Positions 62,300 to 64,000 of a DNA stretch of 64,000 nt are shown here, piece by piece. Numbering within the stretch: the first letter of the stretch is position 1; every line of letters begins with the position of its first letter. Source of the DNA: Cytophagales bacterium (GTDB taxonomy: Bacteria > Bacteroidota > Bacteroidia > Cytophagales > JAHDFW01); contig JAHDFW010000001.1 of assembly GCA_020627945.1 (NCBI GenBank), positions 5,603 to 69,602 of the forward strand, read 5' to 3'. The notes below the pieces were generated by a model. The model was not told where the DNA came from. It saw only the letters and a list, made by a program, of their open reading frames with translations, and did not search any database. The position numbers and the translations under genes are program-made.

Positions 62300-63391
62300 T
62301 TAAAAAGGATCTGCAAAATCTGGGTTATTCAGATAAGTTGAATCCGTTAGGGTTTTGAGAAAGGCTACAATCGCATTCTTCTCTTTATTTGATAACAAAA
62401 GTGACTGTCCATCCGGTTCATTTGTCCCTCCTTGGATTAATGGATCCACATTTTCATGAGCAAAAATTCCTGTCTGATTGTAATGGTCTAAGACCTCTTC
62501 TAGAGTTTCAAACCTACCATCGTGCATATAAGGTCCAGTAACCGCGATGTTTCTTAAGGACACCACTTTAAATTTACCACGATCCGAAGCCATACCAGTT
62601 AATAATTCTACTCCTTTATCTTCTCCTATGATTGAATCTACCCCGTTATTAATAAGGTCATTATTAGTGAAATTGAACCCTAAGTGACAATCAGCACAGT
62701 TACCTCCTCGAATTTGTCCTGGTTCTGGATGAGTAGCAAACAGTTCATATCCTAGTTTTTCTTCGTCAGTAAATTCCACCTCGTTTCTTAAATACTGGTC
62801 GAAGCGAGAGTTCGAAGAAATTAAAGTTCTTTCAAACTGTGCTATGGCCATGCCTATTAATTCAGGTGTAATTGTATCTATCTCAAAAGCAGCTTTAAAC
62901 TTTTCAGGATAGATTTCCGAATCCATAAGTTCATTCACCAATTCATCCATGGATTGATTTAACTCTATTGGATCCTGGATCGGTTCTAATGCTTGTTCCT
63001 CTAACGTTTTCGTACGGCCATCCCAGAAAAAGTGTTTGTCCCAAGCAAGATTCACTAAAGACATGGAACTACGCGTTCCATTAACACCATCAATCCCAAC
63101 ACTTGTCTTTTTACCATCTGCAAATCCAAGTGCTTGATTATGACAACTTGCACAAGACATCGTATTATCACCTGAAAGAATCGGATCATAGAAGAGCATT
63201 CTTCCCAATTCAATTCCCTGAACCGTCAATGGATTGTCATCAAAAGGAGCAATTGCCCCAAAATTAGGAATCGACGGTTCATTTAATGTTACCTCTATTG
63301 GCTTTTGATCAATTGGAACCACAGGTACATCAACTGTACATGCCATTCCTAATATCACCAAGAACAAGGATAAAATATATACCTTTCTCAT
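62300..63391 (-). CDS. Di-haem cytochrome c peroxidase family protein (MbnH/MauG-like)
   Basis: The ATG at 63391 gives a lipoprotein-type signal (LVILGMAC). There are two CXXCH motifs (SCASCHNQALGFADG and NCADCHLG). A PYMHDG motif is present. Confidence 0.85.
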   Translation of the reverse strand: MRKVYILSLFLVILGMACTVDVPVVPIDQKPIEVTLNEPSIPNFGAIAPFDDNPLTVQGIELGRMLFYDPILSGDNTMSCASCHNQALGFADGKKTSVGIDGVNGTRSSMSLVNLAWDKHFFWDGRTKTLEEQALEPIQDPIELNQSMDELVNELMDSEIYPEKFKAAFEIDTITPELIGMAIAQFERTLISSNSRFDQYLRNEVEFTDEEKLGYELFATHPEPGQIRGGNCADCHLGFNFTNNDLINNGVDSIIGEDKGVELLTGMASDRGKFKVVSLRNIAVTGPYMHDGRFETLEEVLDHYNQTGIFAHENVDPLIQGGTNEPDGQSLLLSNKEKNAIVAFLKTLTDSTYLNNPDFADPF

Positions 63392-63558
63392 AACTAGAAC
63401 AATACAACGATCAAATACGTTAACAATTGTAAAACAAATTACGCATAAAAAACGTTGCCTACACTTATATAAGTGCACAAATTATCATATTTTAGCTAAA
63501 AATCAGACGGGTTTAAAATTATTACTAAGCAAATCATTGCTAAATTAATTTTTTCTAT

Positions 63559-63566
63559 TACTTTTG
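63559..63566 (+). promoter_or_regulatory. Candidate Bacteroidota -7 promoter box TACTTTTG
   Basis: It is an exact TAnnTTTG match, 32 nt upstream of the rpsT ATG. Confidence 0.4.
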
Positions 63567-63597
63567 CAGTCCGTTTGAAAAATTTAGAAAACAGAAA

Positions 63598-63849
63598 ATG
63601 GCAAATCATAAGTCAGCATTAAAGAGAGTAAGAAGCGACGCTAAGAAAAGATTGAGAAATCGCTACCAACTTACAACAACTCGTACGTTCATTAAGAAAC
63701 TTCGTTCTACAAGTGATAAGAATGAAGCACAGGAGTTGTTCAAGACAGTAACAGGTATGATTGATAAGTTAGCTAAGAGAGGAATTATCCACAAGAACAA
63801 AGCTGCTAACAACAAATCTAAATTAGCTGCTCACGTAGCATCTCTATAA
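63598..63849 (+). CDS. rpsT: 30S ribosomal protein S20
   Basis: The sequence MANHKSALKRVRSDAKKRLRNRYQ...KAANNKSKLAAHVASL is present. It is 83 aa and highly basic. Confidence 0.95.
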   Translation: MANHKSALKRVRSDAKKRLRNRYQLTTTRTFIKKLRSTSDKNEAQELFKTVTGMIDKLAKRGIIHKNKAANNKSKLAAHVASL

Positions 63850-63907
63850 TTTTACTCCAATAGAGTAGAGTTTTCGACTGCAAGGTCGAATCAATTATAT
63901 AAAACAC

Positions 63908-63940
63908 AGCCGTTCCGATGAAAATCGGGATGGCTTTTTT
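63908..63940 (+). terminator. Rho-independent terminator-like hairpin after rpsT
   Basis: AGCCGTTCCGAT pairs with ATCGGGATGGCT (two mismatches), with a GAA loop. TTTTTT follows. Confidence 0.55.
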
Positions 63941-64000
63941 AGTTTGTGGTCAGTGCTATTATCATTACTATCGCATTTCTTCATAGTTAGCATTAAAAAA

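Noticed and set aside
1-64000. I searched for mobile elements, prophage, defence systems, toxin-antitoxin pairs, CRISPR-Cas, tRNA and rRNA.
   Set aside because: No ORF shows transposase (DDE), integrase (R..H..R..Y), nuclease/helicase defence architecture or Cas-like motifs. No spacer has tRNA-like T-loop (GGTTCGAATCC-type) or rRNA-like sequence. This is by-eye inspection only and should be confirmed with tRNAscan-SE, Infernal and defence-finder tools.

Overview
The window is a 64-kb chromosomal segment with low GC. It most likely comes from a Bacteroidota genome of the Flavobacteriia type. The evidence is several T9SS type A and type B C-terminal sorting domains, a TonB-dependent receptor followed by a DUF4249 lipoprotein, and TAnnTTTG -7 promoter boxes.

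I found no rRNA, tRNA, CRISPR array, transposase, integrase or recognisable defence genes by eye.

Gene content from left to right:
- **2-6483:** a TonB-receptor, DUF4249 and choice-of-anchor-L cluster.
- **6542-13381:** a SiaC-like protein, a CXXCH lipoprotein, a TPR protein and a large T9SS adhesin-like protein.
- **13597-17067:** an H-NOX haem sensor, a PAS hybrid histidine kinase and a membrane-anchored receiver protein.
- **31639 down to 17164 (minus strand):** one 14.5-kb Wzx/Wzy-type polysaccharide operon. It starts with a second membrane-anchored receiver protein, followed by wza-like, wzc-like and wzx-like genes, a GT4, a wzy-like gene, a 912-aa three-domain kinase/nucleotidyltransferase/P-loop fusion, an acetyltransferase and three more GTs.
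- **31891-34123:** an Hpt, a stand-alone REC and a sigma-54-dependent activator.
- **34367-39872:** two divergent ECF sigma modules, one with a vWA anti-sigma factor and one followed by a paralogous T9SS adhesin.
- **40229-43766:** a LytTR regulator with a TPR/HisKA_2 kinase.
- **47487-50090:** a T9SS subtilase.
- **55743 down to 52093 (minus strand):** an operon of a NIT-HAMP-MCP chemoreceptor, a porin and a YfiR-like protein, with no che genes nearby.
- **50098-52086 and 55945-63849:** housekeeping genes (tgt, lptF/G-like, EamA, rpsT, redoxins) and an MbnH/MbnP-like pair.

The most interesting hypothesis is a candidate NO-responsive phosphorelay that is physically split around the polysaccharide operon. 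It would run H-NOX to hybrid kinase to Hpt to several REC proteins. Two of those REC proteins are tail-anchored and have no output domain. The uncharacterised tri-domain enzyme sits inside the same operon.

All calls come from reading the translated ORFs and the DNA by eye. No database search was run.
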